The notes below the pieces were generated by a model that saw only the letters and a list, made by a program, of their open reading frames with translations, did no database searches and was not told where the DNA came from. From NCBI GenBank assembly GCA_040402735.1, contig JBBALZ010000003.1, forward strand, positions 1-42,980: a DNA stretch of 42,980 nucleotides. Direction: 5' to 3'. Below, in pieces: positions 16,857-25,089 of the stretch. Every line of letters begins with the position of its first letter. The first letter of the stretch is position 1. The DNA comes from Bdellovibrionota bacterium (GTDB lineage: Bacteria; Bdellovibrionota_C; UBA2361; OMII01). A program made the translations under genes and the position numbers.

Positions 16857-17704
16857 ATAAAGACCTCGGTTCTACAGCAGGAGCGGCAGAGCGTGGGGCT
16901 GCGCTATTTTTAGCGCTCTTTGCCCTTACTGCCATCGGTTTTGTATCACTTAGGCTAGTAACAAGAGCCGCAGGGTACTCACGTCTCTTAAACGTCGTAC
17001 GAGATGGCCTAGAACACAATGCCGCACTCCGTGAAAGCATAACTCCAATACGATCTCCGAAACATCAGTGCGATCTACAAAGACTCAATGGTGGCAACAT
17101 CGCCGGAATCTCTGCGCGCAGCTCTCCGTGGCATGTCTGCACTACTGGTCAGCCAGAGTTTCTATCGAATCGGCCGCTGGCAGTTCCATACACTAGCCCT
17201 GACTACGGAGCTATCTTTGAACGTCATACACCTTGTGTATATCGACGCAGCGCCACTACGCTTAGATCATTTAACGCCCCAACTGCGCCCTTTAATTGCC
17301 TCTTACCTCCTGATATTAGGGGCGAGGCAATTCTCCTTGATAACATTGCTATCGAAACTTTAACGATATCTCCCAAAAACTCCTCCGACACTATTACCGT
17401 AGCAACACCTGGCTCTCTTATATCCTCGACTAACTTAGCGGTTTCAACAGATACGATCATATTGGCAGGAGGCGATATAAGGATATCGACATTAGGACTA
17501 GTTAAGTCGCCGCTTGCGGTACCCTCTGCGCAAGTTACGATTATCAGCGCTCATGGAGATGTCGTTATCGAGCGAATTGATGGAGCGCTATCGCTGCTAG
17601 TACTTGGTCGCCGAATTATAGCGGTTCCGGAAACGAACACGCCAAACTCAGCGCAACTCCCTGCGACAAGATTCACATCTATCGCCGGATTTGAACCTCA
17701 GTAA
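16835..17704 (+). CDS. GspK/PilX-like minor (pseudo)pilin
   Basis: AERG|AALFLALFALTAIGFV N-terminus lacks Glu +5, as GspK-type proteins do. 289 aa. Overlaps the upstream gene by 22 nt. Confidence 0.5.
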   Translation: MERSAALNKDLGSTAGAAERGAALFLALFALTAIGFVSLRLVTRAAGYSRLLNVVRDGLEHNAALRESITPIRSPKHQCDLQRLNGGNIAGISARSSPWHVCTTGQPEFLSNRPLAVPYTSPDYGAIFERHTPCVYRRSATTLRSFNAPTAPFNCLLPPDIRGEAILLDNIAIETLTISPKNSSDTITVATPGSLISSTNLAVSTDTIILAGGDIRISTLGLVKSPLAVPSAQVTIISAHGDVVIERIDGALSLLVLGRRIIAVPETNTPNSAQLPATRFTSIAGFEPQ

Positions 17705-17724
17705 GGGGCCCTTTATAAAAGGAA

Positions 17725-19155
17725 CTAATTCTGGGATGCTCCATATCGAGCACTACAAAGTCGCTCGTACACCTCACACGTCTTTTCCGCCGCTCTGCCC
17801 CAATGAAGCTTAGCAATCTCCTGCTTTGCTGATACGACTAACTCCTGTCGCAGATCGCGCTGTTGCAACACCTTGACTATTAGGTTGGCCATACTATCGG
17901 TATCCCAGAAATCAACTGTCAGAGCACTTGCTACTACTTCCGAGACCCCCGATCGCTTAGAAACTAATACAGGTGTTTCAAAACTAATTGCCTCTAGCGC
18001 TGCTATGCCAAACGGCTCTGAAACAGATGGCATCACGTATAGATCCGCTACAGAGAAAAGCTCCTCTAACTCCTCGCCTTGCACAAATCCCGGAAAGATA
18101 AAATAGTCCTCAAGCTTTAAACTCGCCACCTTATCTTTGACCGTTGGCAATAAATCTCCATCTCCCGCCAAAACAAAAACTATATCATCGACCCGCGGAA
18201 TCACCTTACGCGCCGCTTCTACAAAATACTCTGGCCCCTTCTGAAAGGTTACTCTTCCCAGGAAGAGCACTACATGAGTAGGCCATGTTTTTAGTTGCCG
18301 GTACTCCGTGGACACCTGTTTGGGATAGATTCCATTATGAACCACAGCTATCTTCTTAGAGGATATCGAATGGTGACGCTCTATCGCGCTCTTTGTGTAG
18401 TGACTAACCGCTATAATCTGATCTGCTGATTGCAACCCGAATCGCTCGATATCATTGATGCTCTTATCATAAAAAACACCGCTACGATCGTGCTCTAAAC
18501 TGTGGACATGAACGATCAGGGGTCGTTTTGTTGCCTGCGCTAGAGCTATCCCAGCTGGAAAGGTCATCCAATCGTGCGCATGGATAATATCGAATTCACA
18601 CGATGAGAAACGCTTTAATACATCTAGGGTGAACCTTTCAACCTCTGAGAAGATCGACCAAGGCCCCTTACTTTGTTGAGGCGCTAAATCAGTTGCGCAA
18701 TCACTTGTGCTAGTTTCGTCAATTGCGAATCTCTCCCGCTCTCTAGCAGAAAAAGAGAGCGCTTGCGCAAAGAGGCTCTGGTTCCAATAAGGGGTTAGGA
18801 AAGCTGGGATGCTGCTACGCTCAATCGGTGCACTAGCACCAAAGCCTGCCTCGACTAGCTGCTCTGGCCGATCTCGTGGCGCCTGATCTAGTGGTGCCTG
18901 ATCTCTTGTCGCCCGATCTCTTGTCGTACTGGGCATTGGAGATACACGCTCAGAGCTGGTCTCCAACGGACTCGGTCCTCTAGTAGCACCGCTAAAGCGC
19001 ATGTGCTGCACCTGTTCGCCACCACAGATCTCAGGAACAACAAAATGGATCGAGACTCCATTTGCCGCAAGAGCTGCGGTCAAACCCTCACAAGCGGTAC
19101 CTAGACCTCCCGCTATATGTGGGGGATATTCCCACCCGAGCATTAGCACCTTCAT
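17725..19155 (-). CDS. glycogen-synthase-like GT-B glycosyltransferase with a low-complexity insertion
   Basis: The start is set to the ATG at 19155: MKVLMLGWEYPPHIAGGLGTACEGL is a typical glycogen/starch-synthase-like N-terminus. The C-terminus has MPSVSEPFGIAALEAISFETPVLVS. A roughly 110-aa Ser/Arg/Asp/Pro-rich insert follows the first beta-alpha units. Confidence 0.75.
   Translation of the reverse strand: MKVLMLGWEYPPHIAGGLGTACEGLTAALAANGVSIHFVVPEICGGEQVQHMRFSGATRGPSPLETSSERVSPMPSTTRDRATRDQAPLDQAPRDRPEQLVEAGFGASAPIERSSIPAFLTPYWNQSLFAQALSFSARERERFAIDETSTSDCATDLAPQQSKGPWSIFSEVERFTLDVLKRFSSCEFDIIHAHDWMTFPAGIALAQATKRPLIVHVHSLEHDRSGVFYDKSINDIERFGLQSADQIIAVSHYTKSAIERHHSISSKKIAVVHNGIYPKQVSTEYRQLKTWPTHVVLFLGRVTFQKGPEYFVEAARKVIPRVDDIVFVLAGDGDLLPTVKDKVASLKLEDYFIFPGFVQGEELEELFSVADLYVMPSVSEPFGIAALEAISFETPVLVSKRSGVSEVVASALTVDFWDTDSMANLIVKVLQQRDLRQELVVSAKQEIAKLHWGRAAEKTCEVYERLCSARYGASQN
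18867..18926. repeat. 4 x 15-bp in-frame tandem repeat inside the glycosyltransferase gene
   Basis: Units are GCCGATCTCGTGGCG, CCTGATCTAGTGGTG, CCTGATCTCTTGTCG and CCCGATCTCTTGTCG. They encode the pentapeptides TRDRA, TRDQA, PLDQA and PRDRP on the minus strand. Confidence 0.85.
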
Positions 19156-19416
19156 AATAACACTGCGAGAAGTATAGGCGCGCAAAAAATCAAAGTCTAG
19201 TTGCAACTGATTTACGGCCGTATAAAGTCGATCCCCCGCTTTGCTCCGCAAATCCGCCCCTTACTAAAGGGCTTACGTAAAGCAAACATCTCCGGCTGAA
19301 TAGTAACGTCTAGTTAACCCTTTCCTTTTTCCCCGTTCGCGGCTATAGAAACCTTCTACAGGCTTTGGCAGTGTGCCGAAGCTCTGATGAGACTGCGCTG
19401 CTCTAGTTGCAGGGGC

Positions 19417-19440
19417 ACGTGTGCGTAAACGTGTACGTAA
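19417..19440 (+). promoter_or_regulatory. tandem 12-mer (ACGTGTGCGTAA ACGTGTACGTAA) upstream of glk; possible operator
   Basis: Direct repeat with one mismatch, about 55 nt upstream of the glk ATG in the divergent intergenic region. Confidence 0.2.
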
Positions 19441-19494
19441 CCGAAGAGGCGGCGGATATATGACAACTCTCATTGTTTATTTAAGGAGAGCCCA

Positions 19495-20490
19495 ATGATC
19501 ATAGCGGGAGATATCGGTGGGACTAAAGCTAGAATAGGACTCTTTGAGCGTCGAGCCGGGCGAGTAGAGCTAATAACCTCTGAGGATTATGCTAGTAAGG
19601 ATTTTGCAAGCCTAGAAGAGATCCTCATCAAGTTCTTGAACACGACGGAAGCAAGTAAATCGGGGCGGATTGAAGCGGCGTGTTTTGGTCTGCCTGGCCC
19701 AGTTGTCGCTGGAAGAGTAAAGGTAACCAACCTACCGTGGGAGGTAGTCCAGAGCGCTGTTGGAAACCGCATCGAAGTTCCAAAAGTTAAATTAGTAAAC
19801 GATTTAGTCAGCACCGCAGCTGCCATACCGACGTTTGAACCTGAAAGCCTGGAGATGGTTTACGACGGTGGCGGAGCCTCAGATAAGGCGGGGTCGTGTG
19901 CAGTGGTAGCGCCGGGAACGGGGATCGGGCATTCGCTAATTCACCGTGAAGCTGGATGGAGCGTTCTTTTAGCTTCTGAGGGTGGGCATGCCAACTTTGC
20001 TCCATCAAATGAGGTCGAGATAGAATTGTTACGCTACTTACAGAAACGTCTGTCACATGTCAGCGTTGAGTCGATATTATGTGGGCCTGGGATAGTAAAT
20101 ATCTACTCATTCCTCAGAGATTCAGGCCAATACGGCGAATCATCCTCTGAATTAGAAACAATAGATGACAAGCCTGCCTCTGCTTCAACCATAGCTAGCA
20201 AAGCCCTTGATGGCTCTAGCGAGTTGGCGGTAGCTACAATTGAGATGTTCTGTCATATCCTCGGCGCTCACTGCAGCAACATAGGACTTACATACCTATC
20301 AACTGGAGGCATTTATCTTGGCGGTGGAATTCCACCTAAGATTACCCCCTTTATTAAGGGCGGAAAGTTTCTTGAGGGCTACTTTAAGAAAGGCAAACTG
20401 CTAGAACGTGTAGAGGCCACGCCAGTATATATTATTAAAGACGACCGCGCTGCGCTGTACGGATCAGCGGCTATCGCAGCTACCCTGTAG
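19495..20490 (+). CDS. glk: glucokinase
   Basis: MIIAGDIGGTKARIGLFE N-terminal ATP-binding motif, plus EGGHANFAP and GGIYLGGGI motifs typical of the Glk family. AAGGAGAG Shine-Dalgarno lies upstream. Confidence 0.88.
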   Translation: MIIAGDIGGTKARIGLFERRAGRVELITSEDYASKDFASLEEILIKFLNTTEASKSGRIEAACFGLPGPVVAGRVKVTNLPWEVVQSAVGNRIEVPKVKLVNDLVSTAAAIPTFEPESLEMVYDGGGASDKAGSCAVVAPGTGIGHSLIHREAGWSVLLASEGGHANFAPSNEVEIELLRYLQKRLSHVSVESILCGPGIVNIYSFLRDSGQYGESSSELETIDDKPASASTIASKALDGSSELAVATIEMFCHILGAHCSNIGLTYLSTGGIYLGGGIPPKITPFIKGGKFLEGYFKKGKLLERVEATPVYIIKDDRAALYGSAAIAATL

Positions 20491-20497
20491 CACATTT

Positions 20498-21217
20498 CTA
20501 GCTCTGTTGTTTGTCTCGACCAGCGCGCAGGTTTAGCATCTCGACAGCCAACGAAAACGCCATCGCGAAGTAGATATAGCCCTTCTCAATGTGGTGACCG
20601 CTACCATCGAGGACAAGTACAAATCCGATCATAAGCAGGAACGAAAGAGCAAGCATCTTTACGGTGGGGTTTGCCTCTATAAAATCAACGACCCGACCAG
20701 AGAATACCAACATGACTAAAACCGCGGCAATTATCGCCGAGGCCATAATAGGAAGATTATTCGTCATTCCGATCGCTGTAATGACTGAATCAAGAGAGAA
20801 GATAATATCAATTACTACTATCTGAGCCACTACTCCCTTCATGGTTAGCACTTTATCACCACCTCCGATATCAAGCTCAGTCTCATGCTTCTCGACTTTC
20901 TCGTGGATCTCTTTAGTGGCCTTGTATATGAGAAACACACCTCCCGCAATCAAGATCAGATCTCTACCACTAAGTGGCTCACCAAAAACCTCAAAGAGCG
21001 GCGTTGTCAGGGATGCCAGAAATGACAAGGTAATAAGCAAAAGAAGTCGCGTTACTATCGCTACCGATAAACCGACGAGTCTCGCTGTGTTGCGCCGCTC
21101 TGGTCCAAGACGCGCTGCTACAATAGCAATAAAAACGATATTATCGATCCCTAAAACGATTTCCAGCGACGTAAGCGATAGAAATGCAATCAGATTTTCA
21201 ACACTAAACAGATCCAC
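20498..21217 (-). CDS. TerC-family integral membrane protein
   Basis: 239 aa with 7 predicted helices. LGIDNIVFIAIV and SLDSVITAIGMT are TerC-type repeated motifs. Confidence 0.85.
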   Translation of the reverse strand: MDLFSVENLIAFLSLTSLEIVLGIDNIVFIAIVAARLGPERRNTARLVGLSVAIVTRLLLLITLSFLASLTTPLFEVFGEPLSGRDLILIAGGVFLIYKATKEIHEKVEKHETELDIGGGDKVLTMKGVVAQIVVIDIIFSLDSVITAIGMTNNLPIMASAIIAAVLVMLVFSGRVVDFIEANPTVKMLALSFLLMIGFVLVLDGSGHHIEKGYIYFAMAFSLAVEMLNLRAGRDKQQS

Positions 21218-21258
21218 GACCTAGAGCCCCCTTTTCCGCACTAGTGAGATTGTGCAAC

Positions 21259-21657
21259 CTAAATCGCAGCGCTCGCCTCTACGAGATGAATCTCTCCCTC
21301 ATCATCACTTTCGACAAACTGGGGCGCAACATGCCACAGCCAGCGATCCCGAGTGCGCTCACCACGGAGTGTACGGTACACCTCTTTCGCATCTCCGCAA
21401 AGAGCTGACTCGACACGCCACTCACTATCGTCACTGTGGTAGAAGTAGTACTCGGTGTCGGTGATTAAGATAGACCAACATTGAGGCCGGGCGGTAAGTC
21501 CCGCCCCCAAAACTGCGACGGAGCTTGATTCCGGAACATTGTGCGAAACAAACGTCGCTGTGGCCTCCAGGTGCGGACGCCACCAGGGAGCACAACGACG
21601 GAAACGTTGCTCTATGGCGCTACCCATACGTTCAAAATCGCTCGCAAATGACAACAT
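21259..21657 (-). CDS. hypothetical protein
   Basis: 132-aa ORF co-directional with the TerC gene and 41 nt upstream of it. No recognisable motifs. Confidence 0.45.
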   Translation of the reverse strand: MLSFASDFERMGSAIEQRFRRCAPWWRPHLEATATFVSHNVPESSSVAVLGAGLTARPQCWSILITDTEYYFYHSDDSEWRVESALCGDAKEVYRTLRGERTRDRWLWHVAPQFVESDDEGEIHLVEASAAI

Positions 21658-21726
21658 AAAGCCCTGTATTCACTGGAGCTAAGGGGCATTTGAACATCCA
21701 TCAACGCTCCTGTACACTACAGTTAG

Positions 21727-22383
21727 ATGCGCGCATGGGAAAATCAGTACATTCAGTTAGTAGCAACCAAGCCTAAGGTCATAGTTGCTGAGAAGGATCG
21801 TGAAACGCCGGCCCAGTCTCGCGAGACGGTGGCCAAGGCACGCCAGGCCTTTAGCGGCGTCTATGTTGAAATAGGATCAGGCTCCGGGCTTCACCTTCTG
21901 GAATTAGCTCGACAAAATCCGAACATCCTGTGTGTAGGTTTGGAGATTCGATTTAAACGAGCATTCAAGACCGGCGAAAAGGCCGAGCGGCTTGGGCTGC
22001 AGAACGTACTCGTGGTACGAACTGATGCGCGCTACATCGGAGAAATATTCGCAGATGGTGATCTCTCAGCATTCTTCGTTAATTACCCGGATCCGTGGGA
22101 CAAGCGGCGCTGGAAGAAAAATCGCATCCTCAATCAAGAGATGATAACAACGATGTATACACTACTTAGGGTCGGCGGCATTTTACGCTACAAAACTGAC
22201 CACCACGAATACTTTCACTCCACAAACACCCTGCTCAAAGCACCCCAATGGCAGCAGACCAAATACTCAACAGACCTACTCCAAAGCGAATGGGCACAAG
22301 ACAACATTCCGACTGAATTTGAGTATCTCTTTAAGTCTCAAAACAAGCCTCTGTGCCTTGTTGAAGTAGCCAAAAACTCCTAA
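21727..22383 (+). CDS. trmB: tRNA (guanine46-N7)-methyltransferase
   Basis: SAM-binding VEIGSGSGLHLLELA and the signature FVNYPDPWDKRRWKKNRI. Confidence 0.9.
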   Translation: MRAWENQYIQLVATKPKVIVAEKDRETPAQSRETVAKARQAFSGVYVEIGSGSGLHLLELARQNPNILCVGLEIRFKRAFKTGEKAERLGLQNVLVVRTDARYIGEIFADGDLSAFFVNYPDPWDKRRWKKNRILNQEMITTMYTLLRVGGILRYKTDHHEYFHSTNTLLKAPQWQQTKYSTDLLQSEWAQDNIPTEFEYLFKSQNKPLCLVEVAKNS

Positions 22384-22468
22384 CTGCCCTCGATTTCAGC
22401 CAAGAGAGTTCCGTTATCACAGCAGAACTTACTGTAAACTTTGCACTTTTCGGACGACTAACCATTTA

Positions 22469-22510
22469 GGCAGTTGCCATTTTCAGACCCGCAACTGCCG
22501 AATTTAGGTT
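22469..22510 (+). repeat. family B miniature copy B3 (hairpin form)
   Basis: GGCAGTTGC-CATTTTCAGACC-GCAACTGCC followed by GAATTTAGG. 34 nt are identical to the B-core right end, and a 9-bp perfect stem is formed with a remnant of the left terminal repeat. Confidence 0.8.
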
Positions 22511-22593
22511 CAATACAGCTTTGTAAGCAGAATATTCTGATACCTTTTATGCATCCTACTTTTGATAGTGGTGATTGGGGAGGCTCTAAGGGA

Positions 22594-23328
22594 ATGATCG
22601 AGCTACTAAATGTATCGAAATCATATGGCTCGTTTAAGGCAGTCAACGACCTGACTCTCAATGTGCCTCCTGGCAGTATCTTCGCCTTTCTCGGCATGAA
22701 TGGCGCCGGAAAAACGACGACTATCAAGATGCTCACCGGGATTCTGACCCCATCATCGGGGACCGTTCGCCTCGGTGGCTACAACCTGCAAACGGACACA
22801 CTTGATGCAAAGCGACTCCTTGGTTACGTTCCGGATAGACCACATGTATATCCAAAACTGAGTGGTCGTGAATTTCTGTACTTCATCTGTGACCTTTACA
22901 AGGTTGCTCCCACTGAGGCAGACCGACGCATCGATGAGGTTCTTGAGGAGTACTCACTCACTCCCTGGCAGGATGCGTTGATTGAAAGCTACTCACACGG
23001 TATGAAGCAACGTATCGCACTATGCGCTGCCCTCGTACACAATCCGCAAATCCTCATCGTTGATGAGCCGATGGTGGGACTTGATCCTCATGGAGCGCGT
23101 GACCTTAAAAACGCTTTTCGGCGCTATGCTCGCTCTGGAATGACCGTTTTCCTTTCAACGCACTCGCTCAACGTTGCCGAGGAACTCGCTGACAACATAG
23201 CAATTATCCACAAGGGGAGTCTGCTTACTACGGGGACGCTTTCCCATATTCGCAACTCATCAGGTGCGCTTGCTGATGACCTTGAGGATATCTTCCTTGA
23301 ACTTACCACGCTACAAGCGGAACACTAG
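22594..23328 (+). CDS. ABC transporter ATP-binding protein
   Basis: Walker A GMNGAGKTTT, signature SHGMKQR, Walker B ILIVDEP. The start is set to the ATG at 22594 (MIELLNV) behind GGGGAGG, because the longer track ORF begins inside repeat B3. Confidence 0.9.
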   Translation: MIELLNVSKSYGSFKAVNDLTLNVPPGSIFAFLGMNGAGKTTTIKMLTGILTPSSGTVRLGGYNLQTDTLDAKRLLGYVPDRPHVYPKLSGREFLYFICDLYKVAPTEADRRIDEVLEEYSLTPWQDALIESYSHGMKQRIALCAALVHNPQILIVDEPMVGLDPHGARDLKNAFRRYARSGMTVFLSTHSLNVAEELADNIAIIHKGSLLTTGTLSHIRNSSGALADDLEDIFLELTTLQAEH

Positions 23329-23339
23329 GTAGGTGACCT

Positions 23340-25079
23340 ATGGCGACCAACTTCGAAAGCAATCCTGCACGTCGTTATCGCTGGGCTCTTTCGTGGCTAC
23401 CGATCACCCTTCAGCCAAAACTCCTGAGTCTCAAAAACTCGTTTCTGAAGCGCCGAGCAATACGCCTCGCAGATCTGATCGCCCTAGCAATGACGGCACT
23501 ATTGATGGCTGGGCTTTACTACGGAACGCGCAACACACTTAGGGAGCTATCAAGTTCCGCGCTTAGTGCTGATGCCACAAGCAGTATGCTCTACGGATTT
23601 TCCCTAGGTCTCTTCGGTCTAATATTTGTCTCAGCAGTTGTAACGGGGATCAGCAACCTGTTTATGGCACGTGACGTGAATCTTCTTCTTGCTGCACCGA
23701 TTAGCCATATTACGTTCTTGCGCAGCAAGGCGCTTGAGGTCCTTGTATCTACGACCTGGATGATAGTGGTCTTTTCTATACCTCCGTATGTTGCATTCGG
23801 ACAGAGACTCAATGCCGGTGTCGAATTCTTTACTATAGCCCCGTTGTACATCGCCTTATATCTCCTTGTGGCAGTGCTCGCTGGAATGAACGTAGCGATC
23901 TGCTGCGCTGCTATCTTACCGGCCCGCACCGGCCGCAATATATTTGTGGCTTTGTTCGTAATTGTACTCGGTGTAGTTATCGCGCTCGTCAATGCTTCAC
24001 CGGACCACCGACTATATACTCACCTACTCAAACAGCCCTCCCACCCCGTTTTAACCGAAACTCTCACCAATCCGCTATTGCCATCAGCCTGGCTCTCTAA
24101 CGCGCTACTTACTCTGTCGGCCCGCTCAGCTACGGTACCACTCCTCCCTCTGACATGGCTGCTGCTATCATTAGCCGTGTTATGGTCGCTACTCATGGTC
24201 TCGTTTAAGCTGCTCTACTCACGTGGATACAGTCGCCTTCATACCCAGCCTCGTGCCTACATCCTCCTCTCCAGAGCAGGTAAGCCACGTCGCAGATTAT
24301 TTACTATGCGCTCAGCTCAGGCTGCGCGTGCACTTGCTGCCCGAGAACTCTGCTCGTTTGGCCGCGATCTTACACACACTGTGCAGCTCGCTATCTTCCT
24401 GACGATATGCATCCTGTACTTTATTAACTTTCAGAATATCTCTGCTCCTACTCGTGTTGGAACTTGGGTGTTACGCGCGTGGGATCTGATGGCGATATTC
24501 TCGTTCATCATAATTAGCTCTCTGATTATTCTGTCGATCTGCTCCCGATTTGTATTTCCCTCAGTCTCACTTGAGGGCAGCTCACTCTGGATTCTACAGG
24601 TAGCTCCGGTCTCTCCACGCTCGATCATACGAGCTAAATACTTTACCTGGGCCGTTCCGACGGGGATTGTTTGCGCAGTTCTCTTTGCTTCTGCTGGACT
24701 TGCTTTAGCACTCGAGCCTCTCTGCATTCTTATGCTCGGATTGTCAGCTTGTGCTATCACTCATGGCTTTGTCTCCCTTGGAATCGGTATGGGCGCTCAG
24801 TTTAGTCGGTTTGACTGGGAGCACCCTGCTGAGCTATCAGCAAGCTGGGGCAGCCTGGCATTTCTGCTTGCTGGCCTTGCGACTCTCGCTATTAATCTAA
24901 TCCCTCTTGGAATAACTTTTGGCTGCTACGTATTCTATCCAGCACTATTCGAGAATACCAACAACCTACTCGCACTTTTCTCTACGGGGCTCGGAGTGTT
25001 ACTGTTATTTAACGTGATTGTAGGTAAGATCGCCCTTAAACTTGGGGTGTCTGCTCTGACCCGAGTATTTGCTGCCTGA
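23340..25079 (+). CDS. large polytopic permease, putative ABC exporter membrane component
   Basis: 579 aa with at least 12 hydrophobic helices. Starts 12 nt after the ATPase stop. Confidence 0.65.
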   Translation: MATNFESNPARRYRWALSWLPITLQPKLLSLKNSFLKRRAIRLADLIALAMTALLMAGLYYGTRNTLRELSSSALSADATSSMLYGFSLGLFGLIFVSAVVTGISNLFMARDVNLLLAAPISHITFLRSKALEVLVSTTWMIVVFSIPPYVAFGQRLNAGVEFFTIAPLYIALYLLVAVLAGMNVAICCAAILPARTGRNIFVALFVIVLGVVIALVNASPDHRLYTHLLKQPSHPVLTETLTNPLLPSAWLSNALLTLSARSATVPLLPLTWLLLSLAVLWSLLMVSFKLLYSRGYSRLHTQPRAYILLSRAGKPRRRLFTMRSAQAARALAARELCSFGRDLTHTVQLAIFLTICILYFINFQNISAPTRVGTWVLRAWDLMAIFSFIIISSLIILSICSRFVFPSVSLEGSSLWILQVAPVSPRSIIRAKYFTWAVPTGIVCAVLFASAGLALALEPLCILMLGLSACAITHGFVSLGIGMGAQFSRFDWEHPAELSASWGSLAFLLAGLATLAINLIPLGITFGCYVFYPALFENTNNLLALFSTGLGVLLLFNVIVGKIALKLGVSALTRVFAA

Positions 25080-25089
25080 CCCGTAGTAC

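Noticed and set aside
19384-19391. CTGATGAG (hammerhead-ribozyme-like core) in the glk upstream region
   Set aside because: I could not find a matching GAAA box or the three helices in the flanks. An isolated 8-mer is expected by chance.
19273-19473. 66-aa Arg-rich ORF in the glycogen-synthase-like/glk intergenic region
   Set aside because: It is low complexity (RLRTRLRTRAPATRAAQ), has no RBS, and overlaps the likely divergent promoters.
21218-21726. Possible yybP-ykoY (Mn2+) riboswitch upstream of the TerC-family gene
   Set aside because: TerC genes are often preceded by this riboswitch. However, the gap to the upstream ORF is only 41 nt, and I found no complement of the conserved GGGGAGTAG element anywhere in 21218-21726.
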